Origin: Eukaryota sp. TZLM1-RC
Taxonomy: Eukaryota; Protista; Metamonada: BaSk clade
Direction: 5' to 3'
Assembly (NCBI GenBank): GCA_040285825.1
Contig: JAUPSS010000006.1
Coordinates: 868,001-932,000 of the forward strand
DNA: 64,000 nt
The notes under the pieces are model-generated. The model was not told where the DNA came from and ran no database searches. It was given only the letters and a program-made list of their open reading frames with translations. A program made the position numbers and the translations under genes. The stretch's first letter is position 1. Each line of letters starts with the position of its first letter. Positions 22,755-35,042 of this stretch are shown piece after piece.

Positions 22755-24545
22755 AAGTGATAATGGCCCCGAGTTCGTCAATGTGACCTTCAAAATAGTG
22801 TGTAATAGATTAGCGATTGAAATGTGTAACTCAATAGCCCACTATTCAAAAAGTAATGCACTTGTAGAACATAAACATACAGACGTTTTTCAATGCTTGA
22901 AACTATTAATAGATATCAATGATTACGAAAATGGTCAACCTATGTACCTATATTCCATCTAGTGTTGTCAAAGACGTTACTTTTGCCACGTCTCTTTTTA
23001 ACAAGTACTACGTCTCCTTGGAGACGTTGTGAATTTTGGTCTTCACATCATTTTACCTTCCCAAACCATTTTCTCTAACAACATTGTTGTCCTTATACCC
23101 ATCAACTGGTCCCAATACGATGAAGTACTTGAGTCATCTCTACCACTCAATGACGACAACAACGCCGAAGAAGAAGACGCAGTTCTAATGTCTGTTTCAT
23201 AAAAAAGTCTCCAATCGTCCGCTGTCTTAGCTGTGATCTTACGTTTGTCGTTTAAATGAACCATACTCCAGCGAATTGGGAGACATTAAGGTTCTGGAAG
23301 AAGAAATGGATACGATGATTGATTAATGTGAGGAAGAGCATAATTCACCAAATTTGGATCTGGAAGAAAAAGTGTCCCGGCTCTTGGAAGCAGTGTTCAC
23401 AATTTTCTAACAGATTTGGTAGATATTGATTGGAATTAGTTCTTTATAAAGTCTTAGATTTTTATATTTGTTTTGGTGTTGTATGTTTGAGATAGACACA
23501 AAACAGTCCAAAGACGATCAACCGCAACGTCTCCACAGCGTTTTCTTAACATCTTAAGTACGTCTGTAGACGTTTGAAAAAGGAGTCTTCGCATGGAGAC
23601 GGAAGACGGAGACGTTGAGCGTCTTTTACGTCTTTGACAACACTAATCCCATCTATTAAGAAACTCTACTAACAGCAGAAAAGCTGGTTGTACTCCTTAT
23701 GTACTTATGTTCTCTTCTTCGATTATTCCAAAAAAAAGTCCCTGCAAACATATTAGGACATTTATGCAAATTTGACACTAATATTCCCTAAACAGACAAT
23801 CTTAAATTCAAAAATAAACGTCTTTTAAAAAAAAGGGAAAAGCAGAGCGTCACCAAACATTTAATACTCCGACTTCAGTGAAATAATTCTAATTCGCGTT
23901 TTATAGTATTTGATATTGGCGACTATGTCTTACGTAAAACGAAACAAAATAATAAACTGCATGGATCTTGAAGCGGACCATTCTTAGTTATTGACTCTCC
24001 TTCCAAGTTCACTTTATTATTAAAGAATCTTAGTATTGATTCCAAATTAAAAGCTGCCAATAAAGATTGCAAAATCTATCCACAAGATAGAAAAAACCCA
24101 TAGGATACTGAATTCCTTAAAACAGTCGCAGCAGGCGATGCTGAAAAACATGTTATAGAGAAAATCTTCCCAGAATACAACTCTGATTCAGGTAGCTTTT
24201 GTACTATTCAATGGTTTGGCGGTGAAACAACAGAAGAGCCTCTCCATTGGGTTAAACATTTAGGAAGCTTATAAGTTGTTTGGTCAGAATAACAAGACAA
24301 TCGGAAAGCGTACCACTAGTCAACGCCAAGGTACCTCCAATAAGTGTACGCATTCTAAGCGGCCAAGACGTAGTGATTGAATTAGGAAGCGTAGCTCATT
24401 CTTCATTATATAATCATTTAGTTTATTGTTGTAGTTTTAGTTTCATATTATATAAGCTGATTTATAATGAAGAAAGTAAAGAGGCAGTGCTGTTGCCTAA
24501 GGCTTATACATTATGAATAGTAAAATCAATCAACTTTTCTTCATT
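22755..24545 (+). mobile_element. Second Ty3/Gypsy integrase-chromodomain remnant, split by a hAT MITE
   Basis: SDNGPEF..NSIAHYSKSNALVE before 22960 continues after 23653 (TPYVLMF, DYVLRKT, AGDAEKHVIEKI, IQWFGGETTEEPL), followed by a degenerate PPT and LTR start. Confidence 0.8.
22960..23645. mobile_element. Non-autonomous hAT element (MITE-like), 686 bp
   Basis: Perfect 18-bp TIR TAGTGTTGTCAAAGACGT / ACGTCTTTGACAACACTA; 8-bp TSD ATTCCATC (22952-22959) / ATCCCATC (23646-23653); subterminal AGACG/CGTCT repeats. Confidence 0.93.
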
Positions 24546-24668
24546 ACAATAGACTTAAGGCAACAGTATTAATGTAACATAATTCTGTTGAACCGATCGA
24601 TTAAAGAATTTTTTGAACATTCAGAAAAAAACACCGAATCCAGACATCAAATGATCCAATTCAAATTT

Positions 24669-27600
24669 TTTTTCTCACTCACTTTCAACGTCCTCCTTCT
24701 TCTCAACTTGACGTCCTATTGTCGGTTCGATTGAATTCCTCCAGTCTCCATGTCAGACACTCTCAGTGATACTGACTGGACTGCAAAAAGTACCGAACGT
24801 GATGTTGACAAACCAACCTCCTCAACCACCAATCGTTCTCATTCTCCCCACCTGTCACTCCATGCTGGAAAATCATTGGAAAAAAATTTAAATGAAAATT
24901 TTTCTAAACCACGCCGCAAATGTTGTAAATGTCGAAAAACCGGACATAACATTGCAACTTGTCCGCTTATTCAAAAGGAAAAACTTAATGCTCGTGCTGC
25001 AACTGCAGATTTAAATATTTCGTTATCACACAATCCTGAAAATGAATTTTTAAGCGAGATGCCCGATAACATTTCTAACAAAGAAGATTATAAAGATGAG
25101 AAAAAATGTGTTTTTTGTCGAAAGCTTGTTGCTGTCAATGATTCTGGTCGACCCTTACTTTTTTGTGATTCTTGTGTTGCTGCTGATCAACTACGTTCTC
25201 CCATTCGTGTTCCTGCTCAGCTTAGTCCGTTGGCTTCGATACCTTTTGCTGTTGTTCTTCGTGCTTTTACTGAAAATCTGCGTGGATTATGGGATGTTAC
25301 GCCTATTTGGAAATTTTTTCTGAAAAAAGATAAAAAACTTTTATCGAAAAAATCAAATTTTAAAAAAAATGTTTTTTCGAAAGAAAAATTAGTGAGAAAA
25401 TTAGCTTTAAAAGGACGTTTTGGATCTGCAAAACAATGTTTATTCTCTTCTGATTTAGCTGAATGTAATGAAAGCACATTGTTCCAATTGAATCATCTTC
25501 ATCCAGAAGAAAATTTTCATTGTACTAAACCAGATTCAGTTGATTATTGGCTGCAAAATCCTGTCAATGCTTCTGAGGTATTGAAACTGATTCAGCAAAT
25601 GCCTACTGGAAAAGCTCCTGGGCCATCTTTGTTGAATTTTGACATGATCAAATCAGCTGTTGGACAGTGTCCTGAAATTGCTGATGATCTTGTTCTTTTT
25701 TTCAACAATCTTCTTACGTTAAAAATTAAAGTCCCTTTTGAGATGACCAGTGCTCGCTTAATTGCTCTCAAAAAAAGTCAATCCAAAATCCGTCCAATTG
25801 CAATTGGAGAATCGATTTCAAGAATTCTTGCGTCTCTTGTTTTCAATAGAATTGGGAAAAAAGCCAAGGAATTTTTCAGTCCATTTCAATTTGGAATCAA
25901 GACAATTGATGGTGCTTCTTCTGCTGCTCTTTCGTCGGATGTGTTTTTTAATTCTAGTGATTCTAATTACATCTTCAATTTAGATTTTAAGAATGCTTTC
26001 AATTCTGTATCTCGTTCTTCCATTTTACCTTTGCTGCGAAAGCATTTTTCTGAAGTTGAGCCTTTTTTCTATTCATTTTATGGAAAATCATCCACATTGG
26101 TCTATGAAAACTTTGACCTGCTTTCGTCTTCACGTTAAACAAGGTGATCCACTTGGTCCTTTTTTCTTTTGTCTGGCAATTCATCCATTAATGTGCGAAT
26201 TGAAAGAAAAATTCCCAGAAATAGATATTGTAGCATATATGGATGACATTTCTGTAATTGCTCCTATTAGAATTCTGAAACAAATAGCAACTTTTATTCA
26301 ACAGCGTTATGAAGATATTGGTCTCTCATTGAATATCTCCAAATGTTTGATTATTGGCCATGAACCAATTGATTTTTTCATTAATGATGTAAATGTCCCC
26401 TTTATCAATTATGATCAGTCTGGTTTTTGTTTTTTGGGTTGTTATCTCGGAAATATTGAAGAAGTCAAAGGCCAACTTTTGACTCTGTTGACTCAATTTG
26501 GAAATGAATTAGAATCAATAGAAAATTTAAATATTGAGAAACATTTGAAATTCTTTTTCCTAAAAATCTGTTATTCAGGAAAATTTACTCATATTTTGAG
26601 ATCTACATCACCATCAATTTCTTTGGAGTTTTGTCGCATTTTTAATGAACAAAGGACCAATTTTTTAGCAAAATTATTGGAAATTGATGCATCTCAGTTA
26701 CGAAGCCACATTTTTTGTGGTACAAATTTTGGTGGTGTTGATTTTCATAAATCAAGCTACCTTTGTAAAGCTGCCTTTATTGGAGGTGGAAAGAATTTTA
26801 TTTATGAATTTGTGAATTGTTTTCCTGAAAAAGTTCATCTCATTGAAAATTGTGACAGCTCTTATCTTATTTCTTTGCAACAGGAAATTGAAACTTTTTC
26901 ACCCAATATTTGGGCTAAATGTTTCCCCTCTGATATTGTGGAACTTCCTTCAAGAAGCTTGCTCTCCTTACCACTGACTTTTGCAAAATTGCAGAAAAAA
27001 ATCTTGAAAGTTTTAGAAAACTTGGATTATATTGTACGTCTTAGCTTGGCTAAGGAAAAAAATCCCGTTTTTGCAAACTTTTTGATTGATGTTGAAGAGA
27101 GTTGTTCAAGTTGCCTAATCTCCCAAATTCCCAACATTTATGGCCTTCTACTTAATGATCACCAATGGAAAATCTGCAATGAGAATGAGATGTTTTCAAT
27201 GGCCTTGTTCATTACCAAATGATTTAATTTGTCGCTGCAAGAGTGTTGTTACGCTTTCCCATATTTTAAACTGTAAGTATTTTATAACTTATCGCTCAAT
27301 TGTTCATGACTCAGTTCGTGATCAATTATATGCCATGTGCAAAAGTTTCAATATAGAGGCATTTATTGAGCCACTAGTACGTAAGCTGTCTTCAGATCAA
27401 ACTGATGATTCCTTTGGTAAAAGAAGGGCACATTTAGTAGCTCCAGGGATCGATGGTGTTCTCAATGTTGTAGATGTTGTCTCAGTTGATGTTTGCAAAA
27501 ATTCTGCTGCTCGTTTAGTGTATTCCGCTGATTCGCCGTTATCTAACGCCGAAAAAAAGAAGATAAAAAAATATGAAGAACCTTTGGCACAGTTAGGTAG

Positions 27601-27930
27601 AGTGGAACATGTGAAATATCAGTTTATGCCGTTTGCAATTTCTCTTTTTGGCAATATTGGACCTTCAGGGTTGCACTTTTTGGAAAATTTTAAAAAGGTG
27701 CTACTGAATAGGTCTGGTAAAACAATGAACTCCACTTTCTGGTTAAATAGAATTGTTTTTTGCATTTTCAAGTCTATTCCTACAATGATTTCAAAGGCAC
27801 TTTTAGCTATCGGTGTAGAATATGAACGTAATGCTGTGAGTAGGTTCAGTAATAGTGACGCTTGTTTGGAGGATATTGAATATTAGATGGTTATTTTTAT
27901 CTCAATAAATATTCCAGTTTTTTAAAAAAA
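24669..27930 (+). mobile_element. Full-length CRE-like RLE non-LTR retrotransposon (family A); single ORF 24750-27886 broken by two frameshifts
   Basis: CCKCRKTGHNIATC knuckle, CVFC..CDSC, RT (RPIAIGE, LDFKNAFNS, QGDPLGP, YMDD), CRC..HILNC, RSIVHD, RLE; AATAAA and poly(A); 11-bp TSD AATTCAAATTT (24658-24668 / 27931-27941). Confidence 0.95.
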
Positions 27931-28121
27931 AATTCAAATTTAAGTTGATTTAAGAAATAATTTGATTCACCATGGATCAGACTGATGGAAAAGCAGTGGA
28001 CTACAAGGTTGGAAGTTTTCATGTTTGAGTGACTTTTTGCAGGTGTTGTGTTGAAAATGGTTCATCAAAATTCTATCGTTCTACAGGACAAATTTGAGAA
28101 AAAATGGTTGAGATATGTTTA

Positions 28122-28158
28122 TTAATAATAATAAATAAATAATAAATAAAATAATAAA
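28122..28158. repeat. (AAT)n/(AAAT)n microsatellite
   Basis: taataataataaataaataataaataaaataataaa run. Confidence 0.7.
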
Positions 28159-28203
28159 TTTTAAGAGATGGACGATTAGATACCTTTTGTTGATGTGTGT
28201 GAC

Positions 28204-28850
28204 TCAATGTCCCATTTTGTTACCCCGAAGATTCAATTCAGAAATAGCAGAATTCAATTCCAAAGCGCGGCATAGTGCATATCCGCCCTCGGGACCAATT
28301 TTGTTATAGGCAAGAACCAATTCAGAAATAGTGGAGTTAGATTCCAAAGCACGGGCAATTGCACTGGTGCCTTCGGGACCAATTTTGTTATAGGCAAGAA
28401 CCAATTCAGAAATAGTGGAGTTAGATTCCAAAGCACGGGCAATTGCACTGGTGCCTTCGGGACCAATTTTGTTATAGGCATGAACCAATTCAGAAATAGT
28501 GGAGTTAGATTCCAAAGCACGGGCAATTGCACTGGCGCCTTCGGGACCCATTGTGTTGCCACCAAGATTCAAACGAGTTAGAGAGGAATTCAATTCCAAA
28601 GCTCGGGCAAGTGCAGTAGCGCCTTAATTACCGATGTTGTTACTATCAAGATGCAATGCAGAAAGTGTAGAACGGAACTTAATTTTAGAGCTCGAGAAAG
28701 TGCAATTGCGCCTTCCGAACCAATGTTACTGTATGCATTAGGCCTACCACCAAGATCCAATTTACTAACATTGCCATCGACAATGTCCTCGGCAGCCTTC
28801 ATAAGCACATCCTTCAAGTTGTCCCAGCAACTATCTGGATGATTATCCAT
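28204..28850 (-). pseudogene. RI-like leucine-rich-repeat gene with 28-aa repeats, disrupted
   Basis: Near-identical 84-bp units encoding ALESNSTISELVLAYNKIGPEGTSAIAR (about 28261-28550); frameshift near 28670 and an in-frame TAA at about 28625. Confidence 0.88.
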
Positions 28851-28900
28851 TGGAGGAAAATCGTTTGCAGGTGAGAAATGGAAAAACGATGTGTTCGGTA

Positions 28901-29483
28901 TAATTTTACCACCATGTGGACCACGTGGTGGTTGGTGTCAGCATGGTGGTTTTCTTGGTGGTCAATTTCATTTCATTATTACTTTCTCCTTTCTTTGTTC
29001 CAAAACCCATGGCCTGGAAGCAAACACCCTGTATTTGAATACATTTCCCCTAATAATTCTTATGATGAAGTGAAATATTCGAAAGGACGCCTACATATCA
29101 TATGTGACTTTTATTTATATGGATGAATGCTGAAATAGTAAAAATGATGGAAAAGCTGGAGGAAGTTGCAGAGGCAGTCAACGAGCAGGATCAAGAAGCG
29201 GATTATTCACTGGATGAGGACGTCCTACCGATCATTGTTATTTCAGAAATCTTTATGTTTAGGAGGACATTGAAGAGGAATTATGTGATCTGAAATGCGT
29301 TGTTCTTTGTGGTTGAGTTGTGGAATTAGTATTAGTTTGTAAAAATAAACATGTTTTATTCATAATGATTTGACAATGTCAGAAGGTAACAGCATTTTAT
29401 AAGCTGAAAAATACACCACCGTGTGGTCCACGCGGTGGCACATGGTGGTTGGTGCCACCGCGTTGTCAAAATTGCGAACACTG
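28901..29483. mobile_element. Non-autonomous hAT element with an eroded left terminus
   Basis: Right end ...AAAATTGCGAACACTG (CAGTGTTCGC type); perfect 8-bp TSD GTTCGGTA (28893-28900 / 29484-29491); TGGTGG/CCACG subterminal repeats at both ends. Confidence 0.8.
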
Positions 29484-30219
29484 GTTCGGTACCCTTATGC
29501 AATTGAATTCAATTCCTACTCCTCCCAATATTGTTTTCCCACACTACCATTTTTGATTAATTTCATGTACGTTCCTCATGCATAAAGTACCGGAAAAAAT
29601 AATGAGAATGGGGACCCATACAAGATCTGTTCTCATCTGCGGTAATCTGCTATAACGCTATCATATTTCCATAAGTGTATTGACAGTCTGTTTAGTTTAG
29701 ATTGATGTCTTTTTTCATCTTTGCTCAACCTCGCCTGTGCAATGAATGACATTTTGCCAAATATTTGTTTTTCATATTGTTTGTTTTGTGTTTCTGTTTA
29801 TATTCCAAACTGACAGTTGTGGTTTTCTCCTTTTTTTGTATATTTGAATTTGATAACATCATAATTTTTAATTCAAATAAAGTATTTGCGATTTGTGAAG
29901 GTGTCTTCTACTCTATTATTTTTTGGTCGTTTTTGTGAAGGAAAAACTTCTAGTCAATTTTTGAGTTGATTTGCGATATGAAGATTTAGAATTTTGCTTT
30001 TGTTGTTTAGTTTCTCGTTGAAATAAATTGAAATTTAAATTCTTTTTTTTAATCTAAAATTTTCCCTATTGAATTGTTTATAGAAACACCTTGTTCTAAC
30101 TCCCTCGAAAAACTTTAGATGGATCATACTTGTTGACTTCATGAATACGATCCTGGTGACTTGAATCTTTATGTTTGTTCACCCGACTTTGACAGTTTTG
30201 TTGATGATGATGTATCCCT

Positions 30220-31870
30220 GGGAAGATTCTCGTTCATTCGGGTGGAGAATATCATTGTGATGATGCTGTAGGTTGGAAAAGTGGTTAAGATAAAGCTAAT
30301 TTAGTTTCTATTCATACTATAAAAGCCTAAGGGCGCTTATATATTATAAATTAATTGGCTTATATGAATATGAACTAAACTATACATAAATAACTAAATA
30401 ACTACAAATAATCTATATAAACTGAGAATTAGCCACACTTTCAAATTCTAGTACTGCGTCTAGGCCTCTTGCAAGGCGTAGAGTTATTGGAGGTACTTTA
30501 ACGTTGACTAGTAGTACATTTTCCAGTTTTCTTGTTATTCTTTCTGAACAACTTATAAGCTTCTGAATGTTTAACTGAATGGAGAGGCTGTTCCGTTGTC
30601 TCACGGCCAAACCATTGAACAGCACAGAAACTACCTGAGTCAGAATTATAATTGAGAGGATTTTCTCTATAAAATGTTTCTCAGCATCGCCTGCTGCGAC
30701 TGCCTTAAGAAAATCAATATCCTGAGGATTCTCGGCGTTATAGATTTTGCAATCTTTCTTAGCAGCCTTTAATTTGGTGCCAGTAATAAAATTCTTCAAT
30801 AATGAAGTAGAGTTGGAAGGATGATCCATCACTTAAAAAGGTCCGTTCCATGATCTATGCAATTTATTATTTTGTTCGGTTTTAACGAAGGACATAATCA
30901 CAATATTAAATACTATAAAACACAAATTAGAACTATCTACTGAAGTCGGAGTATTTATTGCATGATGACGCTCTGCTTTTTCCCTTTTTTCTCGTAGACG
31001 AATCTTTTCAATTTAATATCATCTAATAAAGGAATATTGGAATCGAATTTTGATAAGTTTCCTAATATATTTGCAGGGTCCGCTCTTGGACTAATCGATG
31101 ATCCAAACATAAAATCGGATAGGGTAAAACATGTTCTTCTGCTTTTGGTAGAATTGATTAATTGTTGGAATAAGGGTACATAAGTAGACCAATTGTCATA
31201 GTCATTAAAGTCTTGATAATTTCCTCCAGCATTGTAAAACGTCTCTATGTTTACAAGTCCATTATTTTCAGAGTAGTGGGGTATTGAGTTACTTATCTCA
31301 ATCGCTAATCCATTACACAGAATTCTGAAAGTCTCGTTGGCGAACTCAGGTCCATTATCACTATGAATTAACATAGCTATGCCAGAGATAGCACAAACGT
31401 TCCAAATCAAAGCATCTGCGGTTTCTAAGGCATCGAGTTCTTTTAGAGGGGCTAAAATTGTATATCTAAAAGAGTCTACAAATACTAATAAAAATTTATT
31501 ATCTTCGTTGTCAGTGTTCAGAGGTCCAATGGTATCGACGTTTAATCTGCCAATGTATGATCTGCCCATAAAGATCTTGTGGAAGGTGTTTTTGATCTTT
31601 TAACTGGAGCCGTTTTTGACAAGTTGGGCACTTTTTTACATGATTTATGAGGCTTTTTCTTATATTAGGCCAGTGGACATCACTTTTGGATAGTTTATGT
31701 AAACTATCGTTTTTGTTGGGAAGACCAGATGGGACTTAACCATGTATTAATAATAGTGCCTGCTTTTTGATGCTCTTTGGGATCAGAATCATATTATAAC
31801 TATTATTGAGGATATTTTTTGAGTATTTTGAGTATTTTTTGCGTATTGTCATCTAAAATAATTTGCCATT
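30220..31870 (-). mobile_element. Ty3/Gypsy remnant: integrase, chromodomain and partial LTR
   Basis: RLNVDTIGPL, FVDSF, IHSDNGPEF, ENNGLV; 30220-31020 closely matches 3641-4450. Confidence 0.9.
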
Positions 31871-32209
31871 GCCAATCTCAATGCCTATCTCATCCTAATA
31901 AGACTATCTTCCATTTCCGTCTACCGTGCCATATCAAGTTTAACAAATGCATTAGAGTGCAGACAAAAACACGAAAGGAATGTCATATGTCAAAAAAGTC
32001 AGATGTACATGATGGAATCTATAGTTTTTGAGGCTATCTTGTCACCTCATGTTGAACTTTATACAAATTTTGATTATTCTGAATAACAATTTCAATGACT
32101 CTATCGTAGCATTAAGATTACAGAAAATTCACTTTTTATTATGATTGATGCACAAATGTAATTAATGGAGAATTAAGACCGGGACTCAAAAAAGTGACAT
32201 TTATTAAAA

Positions 32210-34976
32210 GCCGTTGATACCGTAAGACCCCCGATCCGGATCCCAGTAGAAATAAGTCCCGCCAGCACAATCCCCTTCTCAATGGAAATGAGAAATTTTA
32301 CTTCTGAATTGAAAAATAATAAGTGGAATATTTCATCCTTCTGGAAATATTTTGCTAGAAAAAACAAAAATTGTTTTAAGAAAAAATTTGGAAATAGAAA
32401 AATTGTAAAATCAAAAATTTGCCGAAAATTGTGCTTACGTGGTCGTTATGGTGCCGCAAAGCAGTCTTTGTTTTCCTCTTCTTTGGCTGATGTAAACTCT
32501 GATACCCTTGAAAAACTCCAAAAGTTGCATCCTCAAGAAAATTTCAAGTGCAGCAAGCCTGAAGTGTGTCCTTTTTGGATTGAAAATCCTATTACTGCAA
32601 TTGAGGTTCTTAAAGCTATTCAAAAATTACCTAAGGGGAAAGCAGCAGGCCCATCTGGAATTTCTTTTGATCTCTTAAAAATAGCGTGTTCCAGTGCTCC
32701 CGAAATTGCTGATGATCTAGCCCACTATTTTCAACAATTAATTGTTTTGAAAATAAATCCTCCATTTGAATTGCTCGCAGCACGTCTGATTGCTTTAGTA
32801 AAGCCTGGAAACGGAATCAAACCTGATGGAATACGCCCAATTGCTGTTGGTGAATCTCTTTCTCGTTTGCTGGCATCAATTGTCTTCGATCGTGTCAAAG
32901 ACAAAGCCTCTACATTTTTGAATCCTCATCAATTTGGAATCAAAACAATTGATGGTGCTTCTGTTGCTGCTATTGCCTCTGATACCTTTTTTAATGCAGA
33001 GGAAAATAATTTTATTTTTAATCTCGACTTTAAAAATGCTTTTTAATTCTGTAAAGCGAGAAGCAATTTTTGAAGTTATTAAATCTGATTTTCCTGAGCT
33101 ATCGAGTTTTTTCTACCATTTTTATGGTAAAGAATCAGATTTAATTTTTAATTCATTTGCTCTTAAATCATCTTCTGGTGTGAAGCAAGGTGACCCTTTA
33201 GGTCCATTATTGTTTTGTTTGGCTATTCACAAAACTTTAAATATCATTAAGCAAAAATACCCTTCTATAAAAATAGTTGCTTATATGGATGATATATCCT
33301 TGATTGGTTCATTTGATTTACTAGAATTGGTTGCTCAAGAAATTGCCGATTCATATGAAAATATTGGGCTTCATCTTAATGCCAGCAAATGCCTTCTGAT
33401 TGGCTCTTCTGCTCAAGACCTCGTGATAAACGATTCTATTGTCCCTTTTACTAATTATAGTAGTGATGCTTTTTAAGTTCCTTGGTTGTTGGTTAGGAAA
33501 TGTGCCTCAAATTCAGAATGAATTGCAAGTTATTTTGGAAAAAATGAAAATTGAACTTGATTCAATTTCTTCTTTAGATATAGAAAAGCATATTAAATTT
33601 TTTATGCTTAAAATTTGCTACACTGGGAGAATAACCCACATTTTGAGATCTTGTGCTCCTTCCATAGCATTAGATTTTTGTCGTTCTTTTAATTCATTGA
33701 GAACAGAATTTTTTTGCTGATTTATTGGATGTAGAACCAGGAATGTTGAAAAGCCATTTATTTTCTTCAGCAAATTTGGGGGGTATTGGATTTACTAAAT
33801 CTTCAATTTTGTGTCAATCAGCATTCTTGGGTGGTGGCAAAAATTTTATTTATGAATTTTCTCGTAGATTTCCTGATGATTCTCATCTGTTAGTCCCCAA
33901 TTGTAGTCCCTATTTGTATGAGTTATCTTGTGAACTTGAAAAATTACCGCCACAAATTTGGACCAAATGTTTTCCTCAATCAATTCAAGAAATTCCAAAC
34001 CGATCTCTATTTAATTTACAGTTTTGCTGTAAAAGCTTCAACAAAAATTGTCAAAGATTTTTGAAAGCTTGGATTTTGATGTTAGACTTGGCTTGGCCAA
34101 GAAAAAGAATCCCGCTTTTGCAAATCTTTTTACAAGATATGTGTGACAGTACTTCTTCTGCCTTAGTAACAACAATTCCACAAGTTTATGGTACTCTCTT
34201 ATCCGATTCTGCTTGGACTCTGAATATGAGATTTCGTTCCTTTATCTGGCCTGATAATTTACCTCATAATTTAATTTGTAAATGTTCTCGAGAAATTACA
34301 ACTACTCATTTGTTAAATTGTAAACATTTTATTACTTTTAGAAGCAAGGTTCATGATGCTGTAAGAGACCAGTTATATTGTATGTGTAAATCTCATAGAA
34401 TTGAATCCTTCTTGGAACCTTTGTTGTCAAATCTGTTTGATGCTGAAAATGATTTTCATAAGAATAATAGAGGTGATGTCATATTACCTGGATTAGATGG
34501 AAGCTTCATTTTATTGGATGTAATGTCTGTTGATCCTTGTAATGCCTCAAATGAAAGGCTTGTTAATTCTGAAATTCATAATCCCCTTTCAAATGCTGAA
34601 AATTTTAAATTCAAAAAATACAATGAACCTTTGTCCAAATTGGCCAGTCTACAGCATGCAAAATACAATTTGTATCCATTTGTATTTTCCCTTTTTGGTT
34701 CACTTGCACCAACTGCTTTACGTTTTTGGATGATTTTTGAAATGATTGTAAAGAGAAGAACTGGCAGAAATTTCAACAGATTGTTTTGGCAAAATAGAAT
34801 TGTGTTTTCTATTTTTAAGGGGATGTTGAAGATGGTTTCTGATGCTTTGCTTTCTCTTGGATCTCACTATGAGAGAGTTGCATCTAGTGTTTTTGTTTTG
34901 GGAGAGATGGATTTTTTTAGATGTTGATTTATAGGTTTAGAATAAAATTAAATTTTAAAAAAAAAAAAAAAAAAAA
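32210..34976 (+). mobile_element. 5'-truncated, young CRE-like element (family B)
   Basis: RT (RPIAVGE, QGDPLGP, YMDD), CKC..HLLNC, RSKVHD, RGDV/LLDVMSVD RLE; A20 tail at 34957-34976; perfect 9-bp TSD TTATTAAAA (32201-32209 / 34977-34985). Confidence 0.95.
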
Positions 34977-35042
34977 TTATTAAAATGTTCAATATAATAA
35001 TCACAAAAAACCAAGAAAACCAATCATTAAGTTAACTATTCC

